From NCBI RefSeq assembly GCF_001194135.2, contig NC_068981.1, forward strand, positions 74,106,203-74,170,202: 64,000 bases of DNA. The letters are read 5' to 3'. The translations under genes were made by a program, and so were the position numbers. Position 1 is the stretch's first letter; every line of letters begins with the position of its first letter. Positions 1-13,026 of this stretch are shown piece by piece. Below the pieces are notes generated by a model, which had not been told where the DNA came from, did not search any database, and saw only the letters and a program-made list of their open reading frames with translations. Source of the stretch: Octopus bimaculoides. Taxonomy: Eukaryota.

Positions 1-647
1 CCGAATTTGTGTAAATGTTTATAGAATAATATATTAGTTGAATAAAGTTAAAAAATGGTCTGTAAAAAACATTTTACAACATTGCAGTGTGCTGAACATT
101 AAACAAAGATTTTGCAATGTTCATAAAGTTGAATTAGCACTTTCATACGTTCGTAATAATCATCAGCTTTCAAAATGGGTTTAACTGATAGCTGAATTCT
201 TGACAACTGTAGTAAAATGACTGACTTCTTCCATTTTATACCTCTTAGAAGGCTCTAACAAGCTGAATTTTTGGAATACGGTTTTGACCAATCCGCATGC
301 TGCTTAAACGTCATGGTTTGCCGGGCGTACCGATATTACTGGCATAGACCCCACCGCCGTTATTTTAACCAATTAGTTTGCAGTTTACATGTAATGGTTT
401 TATGAGTGAGCAAACTTAACTGGTTTCGATCTCTTTTATTTCAATTGATGGGAGTCTTCTGTAATTTGTTTACATTCATATTTTAAAGATATTTTTAAAT
501 CCATATCATTAACTGGTTGTTATATTATTGTTGTTATTTCCGTTCAGAACAGGTTTGAACATTTTAATAAACCGTTTTTCTTTTATCCTTCTTCCAACCT
601 CACTTGTATCGTAGTTTGAGGAAAGGAAAAATTAGAAACATTTTCTA
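1..647 (-). mobile_element. Penelope-like element, inverted segment (GIY-YIG C-terminus plus downstream pLTR/UTR)
   Basis: The minus strand at ~520-645 translates, across a frameshift, to FLIFPFLKL...EKRFIKMFKPVLN, typical of a PLE endonuclease C-terminus. It lies head-to-head with the plus-strand RT. Confidence 0.6.
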
Positions 648-777
648 AATTTTAGGGTGTGGAAGTTCTTTGTAAGGGAAGGTAGATATAAAATCGTAAA
701 ATTTATCTAAAGCTTAAGTTAAATTTTGTGATCTTATATCTACCTTCCCTTACAAAGAATTTCCACACTCTAAAATT
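648..777. repeat. 58-bp inverted repeat with 14-nt loop
   Basis: 648-705 is the reverse complement of 720-777 with about 5 mismatches; the loop is TCTAAAGCTTAAGT. Confidence 0.95.
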
Positions 778-1440
778 AAGCCAAATACCAGTCAAAAGGA
801 ATGAGATTTTATACATGAATTGAAAAACAATAACGACATTATAACTAAGGAAGCAGGTAAGGGAAGTGCTATAGTTATTATGGATATTGAACACTACAAA
901 AGGGATATACTATCTATATTAAAAGATATGGCCCACTACGAAAAGATGAATAATTACAAAAATCAAAGACAATGACCAGACTGAACACACTCATTCACAG
1001 GCATCAAAAAGGTTTAACAAGCAAGAATGTGACTACCAAACCCGTTTTGACTGCAAGACTAGCTACTTCTATGGTCTTTCAAAAATCCATAAAATTCAAA
1101 CTCTCAAGAATGCATGTAAAGAACCAACTTCAAGTTGCATAATCATACAATATCCCACCGACCTTAAATTTAGACAAATTGTAGCAGGCCCGAACTGTGA
1201 AACACACAGACTCAGCAACTTTTTAAATATATTACTGAAACCTATTTAAAATACATACCAAGTCTTGTGAGGGATAACCTGGACCTGTTAAGCCATCTCA
1301 CAAAATCCATAAACAATGATACCACTATTGTTTCTTTCGATGCAGTAAACCTCTATACCACAAACCCACACCAATATGGACTAGAGGTAATAAATTTCTG
1401 GCTTGAAAAATTTCCTCATGAAATTCCAAACAGAACTGAT
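721..1440 (+). mobile_element. Penelope-like retroelement RT fragment (pseudogenised)
   Basis: KPNTSQKE*DFIHELKNNNDIITKEAGKGSAIVIMD (to 885), FYGLSKIHK (1067-1093), FRQIVAGPNCETHRLSNFL and SFDAVNLYT (1333-1359), with stops and frameshifts. Confidence 0.85.
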
Positions 1441-1730
1441 CCCTAAACATACCATTACAAACAAAAGCTACTATTTAAAGAAGATCTGAGAAACCGTAAA
1501 CCAAATNNNNNNNNNNTTTTACTATTTTAATTCTCACACTTGTTTTTTTCAGTATGACTTATCGACCACCACTGAAATTAATGAACCTTGTACATTCTAA
1601 CAAACTGATATACAGTTTTAATTTCAAACTTACACCTTCTGTTTTTGAACATGATAATTTATTAACATTGAAACATTTTGATTTGTCAACATTGAAACTT
1701 TTAACGATGTTTTTCTAATTTTAAACTTTT

Positions 1731-1770
1731 ACCATTGATAAACAAAAAATATTGTTGAAACTAGTTTGGT
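1731..1770 (+). ncRNA. Degenerate minimal type I hammerhead-like motif
   Basis: ACCA-UUGAUA-AACAA/UUGUU-GAA-ACUAGU-U-UGGU. Stems I and II and a palindromic stem III form, but the core carries C3U and G8A changes. Confidence 0.4.
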
Positions 1771-2557
1771 ATATATGCAAATAAATGTATTTTAAACATT
1801 TACGAGCTTTTGAAATTTAAATGCATTTTCAACAACACATTTTCCTATTTTTTTCCTCCTTGGAAACACCACTTCCTCTTTCTGCTATATATATATATAT
1901 NNNNNNNNNNNNNNNNNNNNNNNNNNNNNNNNNNNNNNNNNNNNNNNNNNNNNNNNNNNNNNNNNNNNNNNNNNNNNNNNNNNNNNNNNNNNNNNNNNNN
2001 NNNNNNNNNNNNNNNNNNNNNNNNNNNNNNNNNNNNNNNNNNNNNNNNNNNNNNNNNNNNNNNNNNNNNNNNNNNNNNNNNNNNNNNNNNNNNNNNNNNN
2101 NNNNNNNNNNNNNNNNNNNNNNNNNNNNNNNNNNNNNNNNNNNNNNNNNNNNNNNNNNNNNNNNNNNNNNNNNNNNNNNNNNNNNNNNNNNNNNNNNNNN
2201 NNNNNNNNNNNNNNNNNNNNNNNNNNNNNNNNNNNNNNNNNNNNNNNNNNNNNNNNNNNNNNNNNNNNNNNNNNNNNNNNNNNNNNNNNNNNNNNNNNNN
2301 NNNNNNNNNNNNNNNNNNNNNNNNNNNNNNNNNNNNNNNNNNNNNNNNNNNNNNNNNNNNNNNNNNNNNNNNNNNNNNNNNNNNNNNNNNNNNNNNNNNN
2401 NNNNNNNNNNNNNNNNNNNNNNNNNNNNNNNNNNNNNNNNNNNNNNNNNNNNNNNNNNNNNNNNNNNNNNNNNNNNNNNNNNNNNNNNNNNNNNNNNNNN
2501 NNNNNNNNNNNNNNNNNNNNNNNNNNNNNNNNNNNNNNNNNNNNNNNNNNNNNNNNN

Positions 2558-2599
<42 letters not shown>

Positions 2600-2859
2600 C
2601 TAAAGGCTTGAATAATTTTTCGAAGCCGATGATTAAGTCCAAAATGATAGTTGTCTTTAATTTTTCTTTATTTCCACATCCATATTTTGTCTCCTATTAT
2701 GACGACTCTTTTCAGAAAGTTTATGCCACTATCTGAGCGAACAAACTGTCGCACCATATAACTTGATTTTCGTTATATTCATAATTTTTGTGGTAATACG
2801 ACGCCTGTATATTGTTTTGTTTTGCAATATCATCGATGTGAATTCGTGTGTTAGGACTG

Positions 2860-3370
2860 ATCCTTAAAAACTGGCTTTCAATTCAGAACCAGAGAATATT
2901 TTATCCCCAACAATTATTATCTCTCAACAAAGCTCAAGTGAGTATTGTTCCCATATTTTTAACACAGCTGCTGCACACTAAAACAACCTATAAAGCATCC
3001 AGAGAAAGGCCATTCGACTGACTAGAATTAAGTCTCTCACAGACGATCTCCAAACAGATATACTGCCTCTTCTTTGTGCCTTTTCTACTGCAGCTATAAT
3101 AGTTGCCTTTACAACTCGGAGCTGGCTAATCTTGTTGCTACTTTCACTCAGGCACCCTTCATTTATTTCTCTCTTCTCCTCTCAGCATCCTGGTCTTACA
3201 TTAACCACTAGGTCGAATCCTTCTTCCCGAGAACGTTCATTCTCTAGAAATATCTTCCTTCTCAGGCCTTTCTGTACACTTTTGCATGCCGTTGACATGC
3301 AACAGTTTAAGTGGAATGGTAACAGCATCAGTCTCGTTAGTTGGGAAAGAGTCCGCGAGAATCATAGTCA
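2860..3370 (+). mobile_element. Decayed L2/CR1-group LINE, ORF2 C-terminus
   Basis: PQQLLSLNKAQV..YCSHIF..AAAH..SIQRKAIRL..SLCLFYCSYN..SELANLV, with stops and frameshifts. Confidence 0.7.
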
Positions 3371-4626
3371 CAGCTTCTTTCAAACCAAGCAAAAAAAAAA
3401 ACCCTGCATAAGATAAATTTATATTGTCTTTGTCTCTTTTATTTCTCACCCCAAACGTGTTCAGAAACTTGTTTTGTGGATAGTTATCATTCTTTCTTTA
3501 TCCGTTTTATTTACCGACATTTTGAACTTATTGAAAGATTTTAAAGTAAGTAGCATAGCCTTAATGTTCTGGAACTGATGTCGCTAACAAGAACAAGGAA
3601 CCATTTTCTTTTTAATATACTCATTTCTGAACAACCTTAATATTCAACCATGTTGCATTCACAACATTCTTATGGCAATCAGTGACAGAAAATCTTATTT
3701 ACTATACAAACAAACCTATATATTTACGTTCCTTATATGTGTAACATCCAATACGTTTCGGTTCTTTATATACACATAGATATAAAAGAACTACAGTATT
3801 TCATTCAATCACTTTAACCAAGTGGTACTGTTTTTCTCGATTGTGTTTGTAGTGCGTAATCAGTAATGCAATGAGATCTCCCAATGACTGTCAAAAGGAA
3901 CCGATATAGTTTACTTGGCAGAAACTGAACAAAGAATAACCAATAAACAATCTGTTCTCTTTAATGCCAACATTAGACACGTTAAAAATAAACTTGCTAA
4001 TACGGACCTACTCCCACCTCATTTCTATAACTGGATGGAAGTAACCTATATTTTTCCCCCTATCGCGAAAAAGAAAAAAAAAGCTGGATGTAGATATTAT
4101 TTATCTTTTTTATTTTGTAAACTAAAAAGATCTGAAAATTTTCAAAGCACAAAAGCAGTTTGAGAACCGAAGATTCTTTTAATAATTTTTCTGTCAAAAT
4201 AACTAAGAGCTCATCGTATTTCATAATACTTTAAAGGCGATTTCCAAAAGATTATTTGTAAAAGTAACTCTTAACTGTTCTAGTCATAAATTTGGAGATA
4301 TCCTTCATGTCTGCTCGCTAACTTGTTTGTTTGTTCACTCCAGGGAACCAATCGCTCATAGTCTGTTCCAACTCTGAAGATTTCAGACTTTCTTGGAAGA
4401 TGAAGAGAGAAAAAAAAACGTAGCTTGAAAACATATTTAGAAATAAAAGAATAATAAAACAATCCGATAATATTACACAACAGAGAGTTAATATGCTGCA
4501 TATATCAACCACAGAGGTGAAGTTTACAGATAATATTTATTTTACTGACTTCGAGCGCCATAGATTGCATAGCCCCTTTCAAGTAAAATGTAATGCGACT
4601 ACTGTTTCATGACTTTATATTAATGG

Positions 4627-4631
<5 letters not shown>

Positions 4632-4677
<46 letters not shown>

Positions 4678-4687
4678 ACGTACGTAC

Positions 4688-4718
<31 letters not shown>

Positions 4719-4741
4719 TGTATGTATGTATGTATGTATGT
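4632..4741. repeat. Compound microsatellite (CA)n-(TATG)n
   Basis: Read directly from the sequence. Confidence 0.95.
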
Positions 4742-5024
4742 CTGTATTTAAGTGAAAACTCCTTACATAGCATTTCCTGACAATTGAAATGCAAATATTT
4801 TATAAATAGACTATTTCAGAGAAACTATGTCATGGGTGATTTCGTTTATGGTTTACATAAGAATCTACTTTTCTTTTTTAAATCAGATAAATTATTAGTA
4901 TTTTGCAACTAATATCATTCGCAAGAAGAACCAATGTCGGTAAGTCAGTAAGAAGACGAATGGATGGGTCCAAGGAAAGGCATGAAGACAATAAACTTTT
5001 CATTTCACTTCTCATTAATCTTAA

Positions 5025-5218
5025 GTTCCACAAAGACGGTGTGCTGCCAAAATCGTAAACGTGCCGGGCAAATGCTTAGCGGCATTTCGTCCACCTTTAC
5101 GTTCTCAGTCCAAATTCCACCGACATTAAATTTACATTTTACCCTTTCGAGCACTGGGATCGATGTAATCAACTTACCTCCTCCCCGAAGTTGCTGGCTT
5201 TGTAGCAAAATCTGAAAC
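5025..5218 (+). mobile_element. SINE family B, degenerate
   Basis: AAATGCTTAGCGGCATTTCG head and the shared central module, similar to the copy at 39542. Confidence 0.7.
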
Positions 5219-5409
5219 TAAGATTAAATTCCACGCTTATGAAAGAAAGGCATTTTTTTATATCACATAAAAACTAGCATTAGTTCAAGATGATGAACTT
5301 CATTAGTATCAACAGAAAATTCAGATACAAATCAAAAATCAGATCCGTTCGCGGAAAAAATTATAAATACACCTAACTCTAGACCAATGAAACCGGTTAG
5401 TTTAGGGGA

Positions 5410-5695
5410 GATGAGCAAACCAATGCCAGTTGTCATACGGTGAGACAAACACAAACATGAAGAACACTTACATGCATATATATATATGTGTGTTTTGTAT
5501 TTTCTTGTGGGGGTGTGGGGGTGTACACAACGGCCCTTCAACCAGTTTCTATCTACAAAATTCACCGAGAAAGCATTGATTGGTCAGGGGTTATAGTAAG
5601 AGGTGCTTGCTCAATGTGCTGCGCAATGCTCAATGTACCACATAGTGGGGCTTAATCCGAAACTTCTTGGTTGCAAATCGAGCTTCTTTATCATC
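5410..5695 (-). mobile_element. SINE family A, degenerate
   Basis: Weak match to the family A head and body (copy at 62014-62535) with an internal microsatellite. Confidence 0.5.
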
Positions 5696-6084
5696 GCAAG
5701 AAATAAGACAGCATCTTTATAATGGAAATAAAAACGAAAAAGAAAAGAAAAAACTAAACAAAATTATGTATTTAAAAATTTTTTTCACTGGCTACTTTAG
5801 CAAAAGAAAGAATAATATCAAATTATTGTTCTGAATGTCAAATTTATATATGGGAACAAGAAGATAAAATGTGTAAACAAAGGACCAGTAATAATATAGT
5901 AGTCTGAGAATAGTTCAATAAAATAAGGTAGTATATTATTAAAATATGGGAACAAAACCAAACAATCAAACAATAAAACCCATCAAAAAGAAACATATAA
6001 CTGTCACGTCCCGATCTCAGAAAGAAATCGACTTCGTGAACTTAACGGAGCATCGAAAAATATTGTTATAAACAGAATACAATA

Positions 6085-6225
6085 CTGGTTTCAAATTTTC
6101 ACTCAAGTACAGCAAATTCGTGAGAGAAAGTATGTCGATGACATCGACCTCTATACTCAGCTGGTACTTATTTTGTCGATTCCGAGAGGATGGGAGGTAA
6201 AGTCGACCTCAGCGGAATTTGATAA
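6085..6225 (-). mobile_element. SINE family B fragment
   Basis: TGGTACTTATTTTGTCGA...AAAGTCGACCTCAGCGGAATTTGA. Confidence 0.6.
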
Positions 6226-7301
6226 ATAAAATACAATATTGATAAGAAACTTGAAATGTTAAATTAGTTTTGGAGGACTGAAATAAAAGAAGGAGTTTAG
6301 GTGTATGTTCTTTGAACGCTATTAGTTTTATTGTCGATGGCGTTTGGAGAGACAGTGATATTTTTGTTCTTAAGCGCCAAATAAGTCCTTATCGATCAGA
6401 CCTATAATCCAAACTACTCTAGCCTGAACGCCTCCTAGCTTTTTGTTTCTATGCGAGGGTCTATATTTCAAAAATATTTTTTCCTTATTCCAAAAGATGT
6501 GGGTGAATTTGAGAAAGAGATTTGACTGCTCACTCTAGCAGTTTAAGCGAATATGTCGAGAATTGCTCGTAACTGATGGTTAAAGTAAATGCCTTCTACT
6601 TATATCGCATATTATTTGCCACTTTTTCAACAGTGTTGTAGGTGGACCAATTGGTGGGGGTATCAGTTTTGAGTGAGTGGGAGACGTGAAGGAACTTGCC
6701 TAGATTAAGTTTTTGGTTAGCCACTAACATGGCTCAGATAGATCAGTACTGAAACATAGTAGATCTCAAAAGAGTAGGCACAGAATTGGCAAAGATCTGA
6801 CGAGAAAGAACGACATGAAGAATTTAAGGTTTCGTGCATGCTATGTGGTACGGTATGTTATATGTTATCATGAATAAAATATCATCAGGCATTCCAGGAG
6901 AGGTGGGAGGGTAACAAGAAAAGGATTATATGGCCTAGAAGTTGTGAACGAATCCATGCCAATCAGCAAGATGGTGTCTATGTCTCGCTCGCTGTCTATC
7001 TGCCTGATTGTTGACATGTTTGCATTTGTGTTCATGTCGATAAACTGAACAGCTTATTCATTGGACTACAAGTCTAGGTGGTTGTGTTTTCCGCTGATGT
7101 AAGTACACTTCAAGTTAACGTCCAGTGAAATCAGTGTCAATGTGTGTATGAGAGACAAGGCTAGTTTTGTACAATCCATCTGATGCAATTTATGTCGAAA
7201 CAATATTACTAACAAGGCTGGTGTCAATTATGTATATCTACATACCTACATACAAACACACATCCATACACACATGCGTACACACATGCATACATACATA
7301 C

Positions 7302-7346
<45 letters not shown>

Positions 7347-7569
7347 TACATGCATACATGCATACAAATAATGGATTCTTATGTATATTTAGATATATGG
7401 ACATTCAGCTGTTTGATGAACTGGACAATCTAATCGTTGTGGGAGACGAAGAAGCTGACTATTATTACACACACACGCGTGTACCATTGACGAAATCCTT
7501 AAGCAGAATCAAAGAACACAGACGTAAAAAGGCTGGGTCCTTAAATTACCGATACAGTGCATCCGAATT

Positions 7570-7727
7570 GCTGTTCCAGTTCCATTTGTCTAGGTTGACT
7601 CACAAGGTTTGGGTCGACCAAGGAATATGATCAATGCAACTGGCTAAGTTGTTACGCTGTAGGATCGAACTCGGGATGTCCTAGTTGCAAAGCAAGTGAC
7701 TTAAACACTTAGCCATACCTGCGCCAA
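7570..7727 (-). mobile_element. SINE family A head, degenerate
   Basis: ACTCACAAGG...GGTCGACC and ACTTAGCCATACCTGCGCC, matching the family A 5' end. Confidence 0.5.
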
Positions 7728-8094
7728 AAACATAAAAACAAACATAAACATACACCTATCGCCATACATTCCATAAGTGCTTCCGTGTGAGTATGTGTAT
7801 ATACAAATAGATACATGCATATATGCATACTTATATATACACATATATATATATGTGTATGTGTGTGTGTTTATATATATATATATATATATATNNNNNN
7901 NNNNNNNNNNNNNNNNNNNNNNNNNNNNNNNNNNNNNNNNNNNNNNNNNNNNNNNNNNNNNNNNNNNNNNNNNNNNNNNNNNNNNNNNNNNNNNNNNNNN
8001 NNNNNNNNNNNNNNNNNNNNNNNNNNNNNNNNNNNNNNNNNNNNNNNNNNNNNNNNNNNNNNNNNNNNNNNNNNNNNNNNNNNNNNNNNNNNNN

Positions 8095-8176
<82 letters not shown>

Positions 8177-9569
8177 TGATATATAACTACAAATGTATAC
8201 ACAAATATTTATATACTTACACACACACAGATATAAGCAGACACATACATCCATAAATGAACGTGTATGTGTGTGTGTGTATGTATATAAATATGAATAT
8301 ATATATATATATTTATATATAGATGTACATATACATATACACATAAATACAAAAATGCATACCCCCGCGCCTATGTATACACGCTCGCACACATACACAC
8401 ACTCATTCACATATGTAAATATGCGTGCAAGTCTCTCGTGTGTATATGTCTGTGTGTTCGTGTCGCTCTATCAATTGAAAGACAATGCATAATTGCGATC
8501 TAGACCGGATATTTAAGCCTCAAACGAGTTGTTGTTTTGTTTGACCTTTCATGATTGCCTGAACCTCTCATCCTGTTGCAAATCGATAAAACAAACAGCA
8601 GTAACATCTTGAGGTAGGCGCTCAAGTAGGTCATAACTAGAAATGATGGCTGCCCCAAATAGCGGGTTGAAAGTTCATGGAAGAGTCGAACACTGACAGT
8701 TTAAGGTCTTTCTAGACATAAAAAAGTGTGCATATCTGCATAATTTATATACAGTATAGAGAGAGTATAGCCTCAGATTGCTACTTTTCACTTTCAGATT
8801 GCTGCTTCTGACATCTAGTATCACTACAAAATATACATAGGCATTGTATTAGATGTATGTATGTGTGTATGTGTGTGTATGCGTGTGTGTGTATATGTGT
8901 AAGAGTTTGTGTCACTATTAGTNNNNNNNNNNNNNNNNNNNNNNNNNNNNNNNNNNNNNNNNNNNNNNNNNNNNNNNNNNNNNNNNNNNNNNNNNNNNNN
9001 NNNNNNNNNNNNNNNNNNNNNNNNNNNNNNNNNNNNNNNNNNNNNNNNNNNNNNNNNNNNNNNNNNNNNNNNNNNNNNNNNNNNNNNNNNNNNNNNNNNN
9101 NNNNNNNNNNNNNNNNNNNNNNNNNNNNNNNNNNNNNNNNNNNNNNNNNNNNNNNNNNNNNNNNNNNNNNNNNNNNNNNNNNNNNNNNNNNNNNNNNNNN
9201 NNNNNNNNNNNNNNNNNNNNNNNNNNNNNNNNNNNNNNTATATATATATATATATGTATGTATCCGTCTCTGTCTCTCTCTCACTATATTTGTGTGTGTG
9301 CGCGTGTGTGTATTTATGTATGCATGTGTGTGTGTGAGTGTGAGCATGTGTGTCCGTGTGTATGCATTTATATTATGCTTTTGCGAAAACAAAGGTGACA
9401 ACGACTTCCAAGTTTCAGCTTGCTACTTTAAATCCGATTAAGGCTAGTGGGCTGAAACTTTAAAGTCATATTCTTGTAAAAGCAAAATAAAGTTGTACTC
9501 TACAAAAAATATTGAGTACTCTTTCAGGTTAATGTAAAATTGTCTTCTTTTTATAACTCCACATCATTA

Positions 9570-9740
9570 CATTCTGAGTTCAAATTTCGCTGCGATCGAC
9601 TTTGCCTTTCATCCCTCGAGTTCGACTTTGCCTTTCACCCCTCGAGATCGATAAAATCAGTACCTGTCAAGTACTGGGATCGATATAATCGATTAGTACC
9701 TTCTCCAAAACTTCAGGCTTTTTGCCTTTAGCAGAAAGGA
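9570..9740 (+). mobile_element. SINE family B with internal ~25-bp tandem duplication
   Basis: TTCTGAGTTCAAATT followed by CGACTTTGCCTTTCAYCCCTCGAG twice. Confidence 0.7.
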
Positions 9741-10094
9741 CATAAACTCGTCATAAAGTGAAGAGTTATGATTCAGCATTAAAACAAACAGTATCGAGTG
9801 TGTGTGTGCGCGCGCGCATGTGTATATGTATGTACGCATGTAGATACACCTATACAAATATATGCATGCGTATATGTGCGTGTCTATTTTGTCTGTTATA
9901 AGTTATACCTGTTTACTCAAGGTGAATGAGAATGCTCAATACACATAGAAGCATGAAATGTAAATAATGATATAGTCTGTTCGTAATAATACATAGTGAG
10001 ACATACTTTCAGATCCAGACATGCGGTTAATTACCCGACGCTAAACATTTGAACTTTATACAGTTGCATACACGAACCAATTGTTTTCTTGTAG

Positions 10095-10165
10095 AGGTTC
10101 TACTTCTGCATTAAGGATTTGAAAATATGGCCAAGATAATAAGTTATGTTTTTATTAATTATCCG
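10095..10165 (+). CDS. Candidate exon with start codon (MAKIISYVFINYP)
   Basis: Acceptor TTGTTTTCTTGTAG, AATATGG at 10127 and donor CCG|GTGAGT. No recognisable homology. Confidence 0.2.
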
Positions 10166-11415
10166 GTGAGTAATTTCTTCTTCAACTGTATTTTATCTAA
10201 CATGAGAAAACAAATTCGCCGCCCTATAAATATTAATATGTAGTGAATTATGTTTTTACCACTCTCAAACCTATGATCCAATGCGAGGAAAATCTTGCAT
10301 AACAAATGATTATCTTTGATCTTAGACCTATTCAATGAATACTGATCTGGTGTTCTTCAAAAACACCAACATATGGTAGCAGCCATGTTTTCATTAGATA
10401 TTTCCTGTCAGAAATACATTATTAACTTTAAAATTGTTTGGTGAGAAATGTTTGACTATATTTCTGTATGTCTTTCCATTACTCTAGTTATTTTATTTCA
10501 TATACTATAAAGAAATAAGAAACCTCCTTAACAATTAACATTCATAGGGTAATTTAGTCTAGGGTTATTATAGACATTGAAATTAGTGGCAGTCGACTGC
10601 GACCAATAACAAAGTTATGTACTGTCTAGCTTTTGTAATACAAAACAACTTACAGAAATAAAAAGGGGGCAAAAAAGATCTTCAAGTAATCTACTTTTTA
10701 TTGTAACATAACATATACGTGGTGAGATACAATTTGACTCATTTCTCATAAGGTTCTGTTAGTAAGTTTTCTTAAGGATAGCATTTTCTGTTTGGTTGGG
10801 TACAAATTATAAGATACGCCGATAACACCAGTCATACTCAGCGTAAAGTCTGAAATAGGAGCATTTGCAAAGCTGAATAACAAAGAGACAAACACCGAAA
10901 ACACTCATGCTCTAATTATTCGAATTGCACGCATTCCCGAAAATCATTCGTAGGAATATTTTCGAGGTACCTATTTTAACAGCTAGCTATTTCTCTATTG
11001 TGTGACGCCGGGGTATAATGCAAAAGAGCTGACTAGATATCAAAAGACATTCAGTTCTCTCGAAATATTTGAAAGTCCTTAGTCATACAAAAAAATTATG
11101 TGAATTAGCATTTTTCTTCTCTGTATTATTTATCACAAAAATAACGCAGACATCATATAAAAGATATATATATAAAATAAATGCTATTCTAGCGAACACT
11201 ATGTTAATGTTGAACAAACTAAATGTTTATGTTGAGCATCCATTTTATTCGATTAGCATAATTTTTAGTCGATTAACTCAACTGAATTAAACATTTATCG
11301 TTGGTATAAGTAATAGTCTCGTCCAGGAAATATATACATCCATATACACATAAAAATGTGTGTACACACACAGACACGCATGCTAACACACACAGATATA
11401 TACATACACATGCAT

Positions 11416-11488
<73 letters not shown>

Positions 11489-11945
11489 ATTCAACTACGG
11501 TAATAGTTGAATAGTATTCTTAAGGCCGCAAAATTGAGATTTGATCAAGTTGAAAAAACTTTGCATAAAAATTTATGGCAATGATATAAGAGGGCAAGTG
11601 ACGCCACCAACCAAATTTGATCTAAATAACTTTTGTATTTTAAAAGCAAAATATATTTATCTTAGCTTCGGTGATAGAAGAAAGCATGAAGAATTTCATA
11701 GTTTTCTTCTTATGCAACAAACATTTGTATAAAAAATATTGTGAGGTAAAATATCATTAAAAAAAATATAAGTAAGGCAAAAAATTGGATTTAAATAGAA
11801 TTAACTTTTTTTATTTTAAAAACAAACTATATTCTAATTAAGCTTAAACGATAGAGCTCAATTCTAGGAATTTCATGGTATCAATCTCATGCAATGAAGT
11901 TTTAAACGAAAAAAGTTATGAGTGTCTGTTTCTTACTCTGTATGC

Positions 11946-12504
11946 GATGATGGCATATGTGATGAATCGTGTGATATGTATGAGAAACTTTTAGAAACAG
12001 ACAGTGATGATTGTGAGGAATTTGATGGATTCTAGATAAATACATGTGGCAGGTTTGATGTTTTATTAATATTATTTATCTTGAGAGGAAATTAAGAAAA
12101 CAATTATAATGTCTTATGTTTTAAATGCAACTATTGTAAAATAATTTTGTTGAAAAATGTTATTACTATAGTTACGCATCACCATTAACATTTTTGAAAG
12201 GTTAGCGAAAGATAAAGATTACTGTGAGCGCAATTATAATTATCTCTCAAATAGGCTATTTATTATGAAGATGTGCCAGTAATGTATAAAGTAAAAAAGT
12301 TTTTATTACCTATGTTATATTTTTTTAATTTTGTTAATATGTTCACGTATGCCTATGGTTATCGCACCGAGGTCGAGGCTAGCTTACTTATAAAATCTCT
12401 TAAAATTCAAAGTTTGATTTTTAGAATGGTGATATAAGACAACTCCAAATTTTTAGGGTAAATTTTAGAATTGAAAGGTCGTCTTTACGCGAAAATATAC
12501 AGTA
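11946..12504 (+). mobile_element. pogo/Tc2-like DNA transposon, 3' remnant
   Basis: Acidic C-terminus YEKLLETDSDDCEEFDGF* (11946-12035) and a right end GGTCGTCTTTACGCGAAAATATACAGTA (12477-12504) resembling the TACCGTATTTTTCG-type TIR. Confidence 0.6.
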
Positions 12505-12575
12505 TATACATATGTATATATATTCACACACATATATACACATACATACATACATGCATACATACGTATGTATGT

Positions 12576-13026
12576 CATTGTTCAGTTTTATTTCAAGATT
12601 TTTTGCCAATAGAGAAAGAGTCGGTTTCTATCCTAGATCCAAGGCGCCTTCATTGGAATCACATCAACAACAGGGTATGTATGTATGTATGTATGCATGC
12701 ATGTATGTATGTATATATGTATGTATTATGTATGTATGTATGTATGTATGTATGTATGTATGCATGTATGTATGTATGTATGTATGCAGATTTGTATGTT
12801 TTGTTTTATGTATATATTCTCATGCATATAGTTGCACATCTAGACATGCTCATATATATATTCAAATGACAAACTTCTAGAAATTTTTACAGATATTTAC
12901 AGTTCTGGTGATGGATTGGATCTGTAGTCTTCGAATTAGCTTTCGCCATTCTAGTTTTGGAAAGCCTAATTTCTCAAGACTGGCATTTAGGCAGTGTGTT
13001 ACACATCCCAGGGTCCCAATAATTAT
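12576..13026 (-). mobile_element. 5'-truncated Dong/R4 LINE (C-terminus plus 3' UTR)
   Basis: IIGTLGCVTHCLNASLEKLGF..RKLIRRLQIQSI..TVNICK; homologous to 60159-60630, including the UTR with its internal (TATG)n. Confidence 0.75.

Noticed and set aside
127-170. CUGAUGA..GAAA motif on the minus strand
   Set aside because: Stem I does not pair next to the core and stem II has a 2-nt loop; compatible with chance.
2887-2937. 51-nt exon with CAG acceptor and GTGAGT donor, open in all frames
   Set aside because: It is part of the decayed LINE frame PQQLLSLNKAQV..YCSHI.
4344-4470. Strong acceptor (CTAAC plus pyrimidine tract) followed by a short frame and AATAAA
   Set aside because: No supportable upstream partner exon once 2887-2937 is explained; the peptides are too short to judge.
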